NCBI GenBank assembly: GCA_973895155.1
Contig: OZ316896.1
Span: 22,773,722 to 22,837,721, forward strand
Direction of reading: 5' to 3'
Source of the DNA: Marsupella aquatica
Taxonomy: Eukaryota > Plantae > Marchantiophyta
Length of the DNA stretch: 64,000 nucleotides
In this document: positions 10,722 to 24,784 of the stretch, one piece after another
How the letters are laid out: every line of letters begins with the position of its first letter
Position numbering within the stretch: position 1 is the stretch's first letter
The notes under the pieces: model-generated
The model's database searches: none
What the model saw: the letters and a program-made list of their open reading frames with translations, nothing else
Told to the model about the DNA's origin: nothing
Position numbers and translations under genes: made by a program

Positions 10722-12755
10722 ATGGTTGGACAAGAAGATGACGGTGGTCCAACCCCAATGGACGAGGATGGAGAAGGGGATGTGGATGCGGAAGAGCAGG
10801 GACGAGACATGGAGGCGTGGGAGAGAGCATATGCGGAAGACCGGTCGTGGGAATCGCTCACGGAGGACGCTTCAGGGCTTCTTGTTCCTGTGGACGTCAC
10901 GCAGCAGCAGCGCCAACATCGCCGCCGCTTTGCCGCCGCCTCATCTGGCCGTCGCATTCAAAGAGGAATCATCCGTTACCTTTTCTTGATCCTCGATTTC
11001 TCTCGGGTGAGGACTTATCTCCACATTATGATCCTACGTATAGTGGGATCAGAATTGAATTTTTGTCACAGGGGGTTTTGATCGGGGCAGGTGGACAAGT
11101 CTTGGAAAAACCCTTGTTAAACCTGTTGATGGTTCTCAATGATGTCTTGAGAGTTCCAGCATGGAATAGTTTAAGGATTGAAGTATGCTTTGAAGACACA
11201 GCATGACTGCTGGATTAGAATTAAGGTCCAAACAAGTACAGTAGATACTTTACTTAGAGGAATGGTTGGCAATGATGACTTTCTGCTTTGCAGATGGATG
11301 GATGATTCATAATGCTAAAGTGAGCCGTGGGTGGGTGCGTCCACTGCCTAGGCAGCAGCGGAGATAGATTTCAAGCCCAGCCGAATGGGAGCAATTGCAA
11401 ATAGTGTGGAAGCCTTTGTACGGGAGTTTTTTGACCAGAATCCCCTGAGTCATCTCGGCTTGATGACAATTCGCAATGGTGTCGCCAAGCGCTTGACCGA
11501 CTTGAGTGGGAGCCCAGAGGCTCACATAAGGGCGCTGCGTGCAAATCTCGAGTGCTCTGGAGATGCATCGATACAAAATTCTCTCGATCTTGCCAGAGGA
11601 ATTCTCTCTCAAATTCCCACTTATGGACATCGAGAGATTCTCATTATATATTCAGCTCTAAACACTTGTGACCCTGGGGACATCCTGGTAGCCATACAGG
11701 AGTGCAAAGAAGCCAACATTCGGTCCTCAGTTATCGGCTTGTGTGCAGAGATATACATCTGCAAGACCCTCTGTTCGCAAACCGACGGGACTTATTCAGT
11801 GGCAATGAACGAGGTATGTCATGATTTATTTTAAGACCGATTATTCTCTTCTTGTGTCCCTGAGGTCACGTCTTCCATTTCTTTTAGTGCTAGCGTCATT
11901 CTTGAGGATTAAGCGTGAATTCAACTTCCTTGAGTTAAGCAGTCCATATGAAAGGCTCTGAAAGAAGGTGCGCAGGTCTTAATCCGCCAATTTTCTTTGG
12001 CCCTTCTATATCTGGTGTAAAATGTTTGTCCTGGTGGTGTCATCATGCCGAATATGACCTTTTCTTCTTGTACGGAATGTCTTCCAAATTTTATTCAGGG
12101 ACATTTTAAGGAGCTTTTGCTCGAGCACGCACCTCCACCTCCAGCAATAGCCAAGGCAGCAGTGCCAAGCCTCGTACGTATGGGATTCCCCCAAAAAGGG
12201 GCAGAGGGGACCATTGCTTTGTGTGCATGCCACCGGGAAGTGAAACTAGAAGGCGGATATACATGCCCACGATGTAAGGCTCGTGTGTGTGAACTACCCA
12301 CAGAGTGTCACATCTGTGGATTGACCTTGGTGTCGTCCCCTCACTTGGCACGGTCATACCACCATCTTTTTCCCGTTCCAGCATTTGAAGAGGTATCTCA
12401 AGCAGTGCAAGTGAATGGCAAGGCTGGTATCTCTCGGCGTTGTTATGGCTGTCAACAAGAACTTCCGTTCGCTGGTAAGGCTTCATAGTTCAGTCTCTGT
12501 TTTCATACCACTGGACAGATGGGTAATCGTAGTTATATTCGACAATTTATTGCAGAGATTCGAAATTACTTTGTAGCTAAGAGTCGTATGTGCTCGTTTT
12601 TGTCTTGCGCAGGGAGCAAAATAGCAGGAGTGCGATTAGAATGTCAGCGCTGCAAGCATCACTTCTGTTTTGATTGTGATGTATACATTCATGAGAGTCT
12701 ACACAATTGTCCAGGTTGTGAAGGTGTCGTCACTCCTGCTTCGAAACAGAAGTGA
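10722..12755 (+). CDS. GTF2H2: General transcription/DNA repair factor TFIIH p44 subunit (Ssl1-like); exons 10722-11006, 11352-11813, 12099-12474, 12613-12755
   Basis: WERAYAEDRSWESL, RGIIRYL, vWA region FFDQNPLSHLG/SIQNSL, C4 finger CPRCKARVCELPTECHIC, SSPHLARSYHHLFP, C-terminal RING-like CQRCKHHFCFDCDVYIHESLHNCPGC. GT-AG junctions keep the frame. Confidence 0.95.
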
Positions 12756-13360
12756 TATCCAGAGTACGAAAAAAGCAAAAAACCAAACGAAATCAGTCCT
12801 CTCTGTCAATTGACCATCAGCTAGTGGCTCTTAAGTGCCAACTACGGCATATGGTAGATGAGTTGTTAGAAGCATAACGTGGCTTCTGAGCAAGTTTTCT
12901 AATATTACTGGCTGTTGTGGAGCTCCAACCAAATTTAGCTGTGATGGATCCTATCTCACAGGAAGCAGAGTTCATGTATGAAATGAAGCTGGGTTTAGTC
13001 GCTATCCAATCCTATTCCTTGAATGGTCACAAAAGAGTATCATCACTTTTAAACTGCAATGTTGGCCCGATCTTAGCACTGCGTAATTGAGAATGAATAT
13101 GGTTGAAATGAGTGGAGAATAAGCAAGGTTGATTCTCTTCTATAAATTAAAATCGCTATTTAGAAGAACGGAGGTGTACTTGGAGGAAAGCCCGAGTCTC
13201 GAACTGGAAGCATTGGGTAGTCTAACGGGTTAAGTAGAATGTAATGAGCAATGAAGTCATTTTCAACTGGTTGTGCTTCCTCCAGTTCAGTTAATGTAAT
13301 CTCAACTGGTCTGCGAAACCATCGGCTTCTTCATTTGCCAGAAAGAACCAAGTCTGCGTT

Positions 13361-13429
13361 TTCTGTAAGGGACCTCCAGATAAGCGCATGAGTTCTGTAA
13401 GGGACCTCCAGATAAAGCGCATGAGTTCC
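13361..13429. repeat. ~32-bp tandem duplication
   Basis: ttctgtaagggacctccagataa(a)gcgcatgag occurs twice. Confidence 0.75.
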
Positions 13430-14560
13430 ATTGTCTAGTTGACAACGATCCAAATGTGAGTCTTATTCTGGGTATGAATTGCTGTGGCCCAGATGAGAGA
13501 ATAGTAAGTCGCGCAATTTGTAAATGGAAGAGATCAACTTGTTGTAGACATCATCGTTTCAAGTTGACTATTTTGAGTGCACACAGAGCAACGATTTAAG
13601 TTTAGGGTCTGTAACGATGGTCTGGAGCCGAACAAAGCTTTGTATGAACGCTTGACTGAGCAGAAAATCTCGTTTTTACAACCCAAGCAGCCAACTGACG
13701 GCTCAAAGAAAGACTAAGTTCGATGTCCATGACAGTTGAATCAGTTGAATCGATCCAATCTCATAAAAAAATGCGTTTCTGTAGGCCCAACCAATTTCGT
13801 CTTTGTTGACCCGTGAAATGCTTACTGTTCTTGCAGTGTGACCAACTGATAGTCTGAATTGGTGGTGACATACTCCGAGCATTATTTGGTAGACTAGCTA
13901 GTGTTGCACCTTCTTAATTACAGTTCTAGGAGGCTCTCAAGTTTCAAACAAGCTCAAACAGCATCGGGAAAAAAGACGACGTACATGTAGGAGACCATCC
14001 AGGATCTAACTACCCAACTATATGTCTAGCCATCGAAGTCCAATCGAAGCCAGGCAAGGTGACGATCATGATTTGTGAACTTTGGTTCTAGCTGCCAGAG
14101 AAGCCAAGGCGCATTCATTTCAGTACAGTAACTTTGGAGAGAAAACCTGCGGACGAGAGTTTGCTAATTATGAGCCGCCACAACTCGAGTTTCTATCGTG
14201 ACATCCGTTGCATCACTTGAATTTGGCCCTCTAAGTGCTTTCGTTCAATCGAATTCGGGAACTCGAGCTGTATAATTTCCTATACTGACTCAATAACTAA
14301 CGCCATGATTGGTTGATAAGATCCAGGGCTACTTCCGCAAATCAGAACCCCTGGCCATTGCTGAAGAAGTGAAGACCATAGACCGTAGCTGGCATGCATG
14401 CGGAAGAGATTGCTCGAGCCAAGTTGTGTGTATGTAGAGTCCCGACAATTTCTTAGAAAGTGCACGCCATAGCTAGCATGCCAACGCGACCCATCGATCG
14501 ATTTCATTAAGAGCACATATCACAGCCAAATGCGTCGACAAAGATCAACGGAGTGGTCTG

Positions 14561-16147
14561 TTACTCAGACTGGGCGCCATCAGACGAGAGCTTGTCACAA
14601 ACAGTGGGCGCGAACCCCACTTTCTGGTTCTGCCGGTCATACACAATGTAGTAATTCTGCTGCTGAATGTTCCCTATTATGGTGAAGTCCGTCGCACCAG
14701 CGAAGGCCAAGCAGGTGGTGCCCTTGTCGTCCACTGTAAGGAACACGTTGTCCGCCGGAAGATCCAAATCCACATTGGCGAAGTGGAGTGTCACGGACGG
14801 GAACGCCGGACTCTTGATTTTGGACAAGTCATAGCACAAGTCCAACCCAATCTGGGAGCTGTCCACAACGGGGTACTTGATGAGCGACTTCATGGTGGCC
14901 AAGAACGGAGTGTAGGCAGCTTGCACCAGCATCGTGATCGTTGTGCCGGAGTCAAGAATCACACCACCGCTCCCGGTCGAGGTGATGTCAAAACTGTGCG
15001 CAGGAATGCTCACCAGGCTGCCATCCACGCTGATACCAGTGAGGAGCACGTAGTAGAAAGTGGGGTTCAGGTTGTTGCGCACCAGCGGCGTGAATTTCAA
15101 GTTCAACGAGCTTTGTATCGCAGCTTCTCCAAATATCAATGGGCTCGTCTGAGTTGCGGCGTCGTACACAGACACAAGACAGTACGAGAACTTGTTTCCG
15201 AACAGTTTACCGAGCTGTGAGGGGAAGGCGATGGGGCCCTGGCCGAGTCCGACTAGTCCGTCCGTACCCGAGAACGTTCCCTGATTCTTGTGACCGCACC
15301 CAAATGCAAAATTGCTCACTGGCTCCGTTTCCCCAGTGAGTGTGGTGAGGGTGACGGTGTCGGTGGCGAAATCACCTTGAGTGGTCGACTGATCGCCATA
15401 AGCATAGAAGTAAGAACAAAATTTCTTCTTGCTGCACGTGTGGTAAGGCAGATCGGAGCAGTAGGCATTCGAGCATGGCAAGCTCTTGTAAGACGAAGAT
15501 TTGGAAGGGTTGAAGACCGGGTCGTCCTGAGTGTAGCAAGAAGTGCAGGGGCTGCATTGCAGCCAGACGAGGTCGCTTCCAGTATCAGCAATGGCAGTTT
15601 TGGTCTGCGGTGGAGTCCCCAGCGAAATGCTCATGATGTAACTGCCTGGAGAGGCTGAGACCGGGGATTCGAAGCTGTCCCGGAAGCTACTCGAGAAGGC
15701 GACGTCGGAGAAGTCGAGATCCATTTCTCTCTTTCTCTTGCCCGACTGCTGCAACGTCCGGTTCAATGCTCTCGCGCGGTGCTTGCTCCGCTTCACAGCG
15801 TTCTTTATCCTCCCGATCAGATTGTTCTCCGGCTGGTACAATGGTGACGATGGGTGATGATCCATGTGCACCAGCTGGACCTTTAAGCCTTTCGTTGCAG
15901 ACTCAACCTTCGTCTTGATTTTTGCTTCCGAGTCCACTTCCTCACAACTGTTGGACAGACCACCGTCGCCACTGGCAGCACACATCGGCGGAATGCTATT
16001 GTGGATATAAACTTCGTCGTCATACTCGCCTTCATCATGCGTGGTCGATGCCTTTTTCGCCAGCGATGGCACACCGTGCATGCCCACCAGCAAAGCTATG
16101 ATAGACGTGATTACCAGAGCCTGCATTTTCTGGAATCGTAGCACCAT
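14561..16147 (-). CDS. Secreted A1B aspartic protease (nepenthesin/CDR1-like), single exon
   Basis: Signal-peptide-like N-terminus; catalytic IADTGSD and VILDSGTT; WLQCSPC, FGCG, FSYCL and IIGNIQQQN motifs. First ATG at 16147. Confidence 0.95.
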   Translation of the reverse strand: MVLRFQKMQALVITSIIALLVGMHGVPSLAKKASTTHDEGEYDDEVYIHNSIPPMCAASGDGGLSNSCEEVDSEAKIKTKVESATKGLKVQLVHMDHHPSSPLYQPENNLIGRIKNAVKRSKHRARALNRTLQQSGKRKREMDLDFSDVAFSSSFRDSFESPVSASPGSYIMSISLGTPPQTKTAIADTGSDLVWLQCSPCTSCYTQDDPVFNPSKSSSYKSLPCSNAYCSDLPYHTCSKKKFCSYFYAYGDQSTTQGDFATDTVTLTTLTGETEPVSNFAFGCGHKNQGTFSGTDGLVGLGQGPIAFPSQLGKLFGNKFSYCLVSVYDAATQTSPLIFGEAAIQSSLNLKFTPLVRNNLNPTFYYVLLTGISVDGSLVSIPAHSFDITSTGSGGVILDSGTTITMLVQAAYTPFLATMKSLIKYPVVDSSQIGLDLCYDLSKIKSPAFPSVTLHFANVDLDLPADNVFLTVDDKGTTCLAFAGATDFTIIGNIQQQNYYIVYDRQNQKVGFAPTVCDKLSSDGAQSE

Positions 16148-18453
16148 TATTGCTTGCTTTGATAAGATCACGTGGTAAATGGATGAAATTTGTCACTCGA
16201 TCAATCGTCCAAAGAACCAAATCTCGAAGGGAATCAGCTGCAACACTAGTGCTCGATTAATTCCTTCTTGCAACGTCACTCGATCAATCTCCAAAGAACC
16301 AAATTTTGATGCTGGAGTTGTTCCTTCTTTCAACGAACAGACTGTCAGACAAGGATTGACTACGTTGCGATCTTTGCCGAGCCAAAGCAGCAATCTGAGA
16401 GCTCGTCTCAACTGGAGGATGCAGCAATACGAAAGCGCCTCATTCTCTTCGTTAAGTTGTATGTCTTGATTGCCAAGTGCATGCGAGCCAGCAGTGAGGT
16501 CATCTTTGACGATGAGAGGTTAAATCAATGGGTGGAAGATCCCCATGTATGATCAGATGAAAGTCAAATAGAGGCAGGAAGACTGAGGAGTTCGCTGAGC
16601 AGCTCCTGAGTGTACGTACGTAGCTAGACTTGCATTGCAGACGAGTTCTTTGGGTTCGTTATATGGTGCTCGAAGTGAAGCAGGAACTTCAGAGATGGCG
16701 TGAGCCTTTGCCATTCTGAGAAGTTCTTTGATCATGGCTCAGCTGGGCGGACCACGGCTCATGACAGGATACACTCCGCCCACCCATCCCAAGCATGCAA
16801 TCATGAACGCATTTCTTGGCCTGTCTGAAGTATCATGATTGGTTAGCTTGCAAGCTCACGTAGTACTCAACACACTTCCGGGGATATCTAAACTTCCTGC
16901 GGTTGTGAGTAAATCCAGCCACCGTTTCAATCAACTGATGTTCTTCTGTAACTGTCCCTCGGCCAAGCTTTTCGTGCTCTAGACATTGTTCCGTTCTGAT
17001 CCCTGTTTCATTCTTGTTTCTCTGATCTCAACACGTCACTGTAGAGTATCACAGGCACCCTCTGTAAAGCCAAGCACGAACAAATTGCACAGGACAAATG
17101 TCACCCGATCTGATAAGATTCCCTAGATTCTGGGAAAGACAACGGCCAACTTTCCATGCAGCATCTACAAGCAATGTAGATTATCAACTGAAAAGGAAAG
17201 TAGAACAAAGAAACGGTTTGTTTTGGACAGATTACGTTTTCCGACTAGTTCACTTTTCAGTTCCTTTCGACGCCGAGTCTCATAACTTAGTTAAATATGA
17301 TTATGGTTTCGTGTCCTCTGGTGACGGTGTTCGACGTTTTGGGTTTCCAGCACTGTGGCGCTGCGTTTGATATGATGTGGAACCGTGACAACAGTTCAGG
17401 CCAGACTTGGAGATCTGTGTCTGGTCTTGAGTTAACTCGAACCTTCACAGGTATTGGCTTTAGGGTCTTGGGTTAACTCGAGCCTGGTAAAACGTCTGTC
17501 AAGAATCGGGCACTGAGACTTCACGATAATCACCATCGAGTAGTGGTACATTGCCCTTCGAATCCGAGAAGGGTGGTACAGAATTCCTGAAATAGGACAA
17601 TTCGTGACATGGAATTGTGACAACACGGCATCAGTACGCCCTGAATAAGGGACACTTTTCAACAAAAGCAGGTGTGATTTGTGACCACGGGGATCGTCTC
17701 GCACAATGTGTCTTGGCTGGGCTGGGCTCAAACGGCCATGTCTTTTTATTGATGCAAGGTCGTACATGATTGAGAATCGGTATCCTTTGATGGCGTTTCC
17801 GACTCTCCTTTTGTTCATTTGGGGCAGTTAATTTCTTTCTGGATGAGAAAATGTGTAGGCGGGGAAACGGCTGATTACTGCATTTCCCAGGGGCCACCAT
17901 ACATCTCATGACAAGGACACAATAAACTTGGACGTGAAAGGTGTAGAATAACAGAGCTCTGAACGCTCCCCAGTCTATGTTCAATCCAGTAGTTTCCCTT
18001 ACCACTGCAAACTCAGAGGTCAAACTTTGAAAGCACATCCAAATTGTAGCCTTCTAAACTGCTTGCAGAGGACTACAGAAAACCAGAGTATTTTCGATAC
18101 ATAAATCACATAAAGGTAAAGCGGGAGTTTCGAATATCCATGCTTCACCGCGAACTAAGACACTGACAAGAATGTCATCATTGTCATAAAATGGTGAGGA
18201 GTACATGATGAATTGCAAAGTTGCACATCATCAGCCGAACTCTAAAAACCGTATGTACTTCACAATCCCAAAGTACGAGACAGATGTTTTGCTGTTGCTA
18301 AAGGGTGACTACAGTTTCCATTATTGACAAATGAACAGTTTTCTTCAAGTAGTTGGAGCTGCTTAACTAAAAACATTTTTTCTCAAACTCAATATACAAG
18401 TTATATCCTGGCTTGTCGGTCAAAAAACAGTAACAGTAGGGCAGGCGTGATAT

Positions 18454-19685
18454 TTAGAACGCTGATCCACTACCTCTTGTTTGTCCTAATAGGTGGTCCT
18501 TTGCCTCATTGATCTTCGATGCTAAGTAATCACTGCCACCAGCATCTGGGTGGTTGGCACTCATAACTCGCCTGTGCGCTTCCTTGATTTTATCTTGTGC
18601 TACAGACTCCCTGCGCACGTTAGAAACAAAAGACTTGTCATAACGGCCAGATCGAATATCTCATGTGCTCATCCTGGGTGGATTACATCTATCACAAAAA
18701 GCTGACAATAGTATACGACTATCGAACCGAACAGAGAAATCAAACATAGGGCACTGATGCCATGTCCCTCCGAGCCAAAAATAACTCATCAGATACATCT
18801 CAACTCACTGCTTTCTCCACTGCATGCCTTGGACAGATAAGCTATGAGCACAACTGGGAAGGGACATTGGATCTACTTTTCCTGACCTCTTCCATCGAAT
18901 CCAGAATGCAGGGGCCGTATTTATCGCTCAAACCCTTAATATCCCTCTGAAATCTCTCCAGGCACAGGCGTATATGCTTTACCTCACGCCAAGAATGAGT
19001 GCAGCTTCTCTGCGAGTCATGACAGGTTGAAAGCCTCCTTCATAAAATTTCCGCATTCGGGGAACAGCTGGCCGTAGCTTAAACGCTTGGTATGCTTCAA
19101 TCCCGTATTTTCCAGCAATGGCTGCCACCGCGATAGTCAGTCCAGCGACCAATGGAGTCGTCTGCATTGATAAATAATCCTTCAGGATTTTTTGTTGAGA
19201 ATAAAGATGGCTTTACAGAGAGTTGGACACCAAATCAACGAGCTACCGCAAACTTCTTCAAAAGAGCTCCATCGATACAATTCCTTATATGCCGAATTCC
19301 TCATGAATCATGACAGCGCGAGTATGGAATGTCGAAACAACGCGACAGCGTTAGGCTGTCTCTACTTGCGAGGCTGCAGCGTTTTGACTGCCATATGTTT
19401 GAATTAGGTGAAGCACCGCAATTGCAATATCACAAGTTGTCCCGCATTACAATACTATCATAGATGGAGCCAATTTAGGGTAAAACACCATGGAGTCCGC
19501 AGCAGGGGAGAATTTAGGGACTTTTTGTAGAGCACATTCAGGGTTCAGAGGACTCTCTAGTAATCGGCACCCTCGCCAAATGACGAAAGCTCAAACGTTG
19601 CAAACATATTACTTTGCGAGCAATTATGGGGCAACTACTTGACTGCGCATCACCTTCAGGAAATGATACAGCTCATGTTCACCAT
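18454..19685 (-). CDS. TIM14: Mitochondrial import J-protein TIM14/PAM18; exons 19685-19683 (ATG only, inferred), 19161-18983, 18610-18454
   Basis: RKFYEGGFQPVMTRREAALILGVR splices to ESVAQDKIKEAHRRVMSANHPDAGGSDYLASKINEAKDHLLGQTRGSGSAF*; HPD motif present. The first micro-exon ATG|gtgaac is inferred. Confidence 0.92.
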
Positions 19686-20055
19686 TCGAAACAAGGAGAT
19701 CGAGCAGAGAAGCAAACAAATCGAAAGACCCAACAACTAAGAAAGTGACACCAATTCCGGCACGATATGGAAATCAAGCAACAAGAGAGCTGAACAGAAT
19801 CATACCATAGCTCTGCCCCCACAGAGAGGCACCTGTAGACGGTCTCGGCTCCTTCCAAACCCTCAATCTCTTCGAAACCCACAATCGCAATTCAGCACGA
19901 AATCTTGCCGAGAATCGCAAAAGCTCATCCACCAGAGTTTCCGCCACAAACACAGAACAATCTGGTTTCCACCCACAGAACAATCTGCTTGGAACAAAAG
20001 TACCATGATTGCCTGAAAGGTCTGCTTATTCCATAGAAAGAGAGAGGGTGCATAA

Positions 20056-20381
20056 GGGCAAGGTTCCATGCATGGGCCAGGGGCAAGGAGTAGATCTCTC
20101 CCTCTGAACACCCCCTGGAGTTCCGATACTCCGTCTGCCATGTATCTCTAGATTTTCTCTCAGACCTGGGGTCCATTTCCTGGGGTCTATTTTCTCTCTT
20201 ACCTTGGGTCCAGTGCTTCTTGTGAGAGTGTTAATGTTCTTGTGAAGTGTTTATCACATAGTTCAGGTTGATTATGTAAACAATATGGTTGGTCCTATGC
20301 ACTAACATACAGAAGGTAATTGTGGAGTGCATGGATCATACAAGCGTCGTAGCCCCTGGCCGCAATGGAGCATCCAAGCTC
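20056..20381. mobile_element. Degenerate Tourist/Harbinger-like MITE, termini related to 38056-38375
   Basis: Left end taa|gggcaaggttccatg..ggccaggggc; right end gcccctggcc..atggag..agctc. The right boundary is approximate. Confidence 0.45.
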
Positions 20382-21372
20382 CATAGTGCCGCTGCCTCAT
20401 AGCTTGGTTGAATAGATTGTGGCAACTGTATACAAACTACAAATGACAGATCTTACGGCCACATCACAGCACCCAAGCATAGCTTCCCAATGACAATATC
20501 ATTGGGACAATCAAGATTCATGTTTTGGAATTTGGCTGGTCTTAGACTGAATACATTGTCAATAATATATTCTATTAGGTTCATTCAAGATATATGCATA
20601 TCCATTTTGATTTTACTCGCCAGCGTGGGAGTCGGCCCTAAAACCCTAGTCCTCTAACCATTGTATACATTGAACTAGGTTTATACATTGTTACTAATGT
20701 GTACAAGCTCTAATTGCCATGTTCCATATTGTGTTGACTGCACGGCAAATGGTTCACTTGACACTACTTGACACTAGAGTCATATTTGACCGCATTTGGC
20801 AATGAGGTTGGACACCCAACAAATGTAGAGCATCCTGGTTTTATAGTGGTTTTCTTATGTTATAGGTTTTCTGACACTAAATGGTACCTTTGGTGGGCCT
20901 GGAGGTCCATTGGGTAAGAAAACCCATCTTTTGGTCAATCAAGAGAAAAAGTTTGCTTTGGAGGTCCAATAAGTATATTTCTCTGCACAAGAGCACTTCA
21001 GAGTGTTTTTCTAAGAGTGGTTGTAGAAGACGTCAGGGGAACAACTCTGAAACGTATGGTTGTATTCAATGAAATGTTGTGCGTTTAGATCAACTGCATA
21101 TTTGTGTATATCTGATAGAACAATTTATTGCGGCCATGAAGGGATACTGGCCATGATTAAAGATGACTTAGTATTCCTTTATAAAATATGACGTTAGTGT
21201 TGATGTAGAAGAGTGTACAGTTGCTTTTACTTGTGCTGAACAGTGACATAGCTTAGATCTGAATAAGATTTCAATATAACTGGAAACAATGAACATCCGC
21301 AGCCTCCAACAGAGATGCTGAATGACCATGAAAAACGACTGTCTCTTCCCAAATCAGATGTTTGCTTTCTGT

Positions 21373-24300
21373 CTACAAATTTGGGACTTCTTGGAATCCC
21401 ACACGTGGGCTGTTTGTCTTTATCCACCAACCCAATAGCAATGTGATAGATAGAGCTGCAAGGGCAACAAATATGGAGACAACCGAAAGAATGTCGTCTA
21501 CTTTAACCGACGATATACCGCTGCCACTAGCCGCTGATATTTTTAAGGGTATCCATTCACAATTCGCAGAGTAGTGCTGAAATGGACTCCATGGTTGATC
21601 ATCGACTGGATACCACACTGCTGCTCCAAGCCGAAAGGTACTTCCAATTGTAAACTGCACATCCTGGTAGTAAAAGGACACCACCAACAGAGTGTAAATT
21701 GTTGAAGCCAATCATTGCCTTGCAAGAAGCTTTACAGCATCTATTCCAGTTGTGTCGAGTTACGTTTTGCTACAAGTGCTTCCCAGCAAAAATGCTGTAA
21801 TCGTTTCTTGAACTTTATCAAGGCTTTAGAAGATTTAAGAGGCCCAAACATATATAGAAGACATTCAAGAACTTAACTGCGTTTAGAGTAGATCCTCTCC
21901 AATAAAACTGCGACTCACAAGTGAGAAGAAATTATCGGCAAGGCTGGATATAGTTTTCTAAAGCCTGCATACCTGTTGCAAGCGATCATTTGTGCGGAGT
22001 GGCCTTGAAAATTCAAAGATGTAGAACCCATCTGTCCCATCAGTTGAAAATGGACTGTCACTCTTCACCAAACCTGCGAACAAGTTCAACAAGATAGGCC
22101 AATTCGTTATGCTACATGAACCTCCATTGGAACAACAGTAGTATACCCTGTGAGTCATGACAATCAATCAATACCTCTGAAAGCAGCGACTATTATTCGT
22201 GAGAATACGGTATAAAAATGAAAATGAAATAGAAACGATTGCTCGAAAGTCTACCACACCTACTACAAGTGTATGTATAATGAACTTCAGTTAGGCTGCA
22301 CCCTCTCACAATATACGAAGGATTACAATTTTCAGATGCATCGACTTTCCTACAATACGTTGAAGTGAGAGGGTTGGGCGAACCGTATTCAAGTGCGATA
22401 CTGGTGTGCGTCCACGCACCCTGCCAGTCGTTTTGAGCACCGGATCCCTTCACATCTGATCTCAACAAAATTTCCACCAAGCCCACCCAAAACGGCCAAT
22501 TAATGCAAATACCCCTCTTTGCTTAAAGATAGCAGAAAAGTATGATGCAGTTGGTTCACTCTAAAGTAAAGCCTGGGATTTGAAAATACCATTTGGCCCA
22601 GCCCCATCAAGGTAGCGACAGTGAGGACTCCAGGCATACATATCAACGAGACTGCCAAATCTGCCAAAAAACAACGCCACAGACAATTGAATCAGTTCAG
22701 AACTCATAGTCCAACTCACAGGCAGGACCGAATACTCCAATTCTATGTCAGGGCCATCCTGATAGCCATAGCCTTTAGCTACAACCAGGAGCAATCACTC
22801 CAGCAATTAACTGATAGAGCCATCCTAGCGACCCATCTATCTGTCTGACCTCGATCCTATCTGTTACCAAACTTATGCGATTCGTTCCATAGTTACACAT
22901 CACCTGGTATCGAACTTAAGTCTGAAAACTTTTCAACACACTATTGGAGATAGCTTCCACATACCGATCTGCACCAGTACCATTGATATTGTCAAGGAGG
23001 TTGGCTCCATATAAACGAGCTGGGATAGCAGTGCTAATGGCGAAGTGCATGATGTCAACATCATAGCCATGACACGATTCGGCTGAACAATTGGCGACAC
23101 TTTGTTTGCAGCCACCCATCTACAAATACTACACACATGTATATCAAAGGTGCGCGCATGGCAAGCTTCCACACAGCTCAGACTTTCTGAACATCTGTGT
23201 CAAGCAAAGAAAGACATAACTGAGCACCGAGAATATCTACAGACCTCGAAAATTGCAGAAAATGGCGAAACTGGATCCACGAGCACCATCCAAAAAGGCA
23301 AACAAGAAGGAACATCAACATCATGACATATTCTGGCTTTCTTTGGTCGGGCTCTTACATCATCATATGTTGCATCATCACCGACCCCAAACATAAGAGC
23401 AACTGAAGGACAGCTTTCAGGTACTCTGCAAAAGAAAGCTCTCGTCAGAACAAACTAGTTTTACAAAGGGGAATAATCTACATAACTAGACGATGACGTG
23501 TACCGAGTTTCAGAGGCATGCTTTCCGGTGACAGTTCATCCAGCACTCTGTTTGTGCCTTACATCAACCTTTGGCTGATTTCAAGCAACTGCTTCAAACC
23601 AAATATCAATGCCCTCATGAGCCCCTGACTTCTAAATGTCTTTAAGAACCCTTCTCGAGAAAGTAAAATTCCTTACTCATCCAGGTTTGCAAGTTTGGCC
23701 AAGCAAGCTACAATCTGTACTGCTATCTGTTTAACCAAATGTACTTTCAAATTTAGAACTTGCACATTCGAATGGCTCCGCAATCCACATCCGCTTTAAG
23801 TTACTTTGGCCAGATAGGTTCTCAGAAGTTCAAAAGTAATTCAATCAAGATAGAACTACAACATTGATCATCAGCTCCATACTTACGGACAAGAGGGTCC
23901 AAGACTTACCCGTCCTTAAAGGCGTAATTACCCGGGAACTCAAGGTTGAAGAAGATGTCACGCCCATCATGCACAGCCTGCAAGTATTACAGTGATGTGA
24001 CGGACATCAGCAAGGCTCTGCAACGAAGCCATAAACGCTGAGCACGGTGAAGCCATCGCTAGAAGCAAAAGGGACCTTTTACGTGTGTCCCATCAATCGT
24101 CAGTCTAGATTGGCTCCTCCACTATGTGCTCTTGTCTTGCAAATAGGTATGGTACGTCCTATCCACATAAGGGATGAAACCACGGTGCTACCACATAGAG
24201 CACAAACTACAAAAGATTCAGGCTTTGTCTGCAAAAATTGTGACAAATTAAGTCATGAATTGCACTCGTGGCAAACTATCTCCTTGAAAGATTTAATCAT

Positions 24301-24784
24301 GATGGTGTAGAGACTGACCACGAACAAAGGCACCTGACTATAATTGGTGTAAACAATGAGTAATGATAGCCGACACAGGGGAAGCATGTTCAACGAAGAG
24401 AATGACAATCTCAATTCCAGAGGGGGGATGATGGAAGATGCTTAGGCTCAAGAGACGGAGCTAAACCCCTTCTCAGAAAAAGCAACCCACCTTGATTTGA
24501 ATGCTTCCTGATTGCATGGGATACTTGGCGGACGCAACCGGGTTGGTGGCTTGCAGGAGCTCAAACTGCTGGCCTTTGACGTCTGCCCAGTCCTTCGAAT
24601 CAGCATCCAAAGTAATGAGTCCCGGCCTGTAGGCAGCTTCTACAGTCAGCCCTGCGTCGCTTGGGCAGGGAGCAGCCGGAACATCATTGTGAGCGTCATG
24701 AATCCGAGCCGAGTAAAGTAACACCACTACGAAAACGAAAGCCCTGTCGTAGAAAGCCCTTTCCAGAAGGAGCCCCGCCATCAT
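21373..24784 (-). CDS. Conserved plant heme-binding DOMON-like membrane protein, about 8 exons
   Basis: Signal peptide; ITLDADSKDW; AVHDGRDIFF (23977-23910); CPSVALMFGVGDDATY; MGGC; DVDIMHFAISTAIPARLYG; LVDMYAWSPHCRY; QNDWQGAW; FEFSRPLRTNDRLQQ|DVQF; C-terminal TM helix. Internal exon boundaries are only partly resolved. Confidence 0.82.

Noticed and set aside
17432-18038. Two overlapping 128-135 aa minus-strand ORFs
   Set aside because: No domain recognised and no splice-supported gene model.
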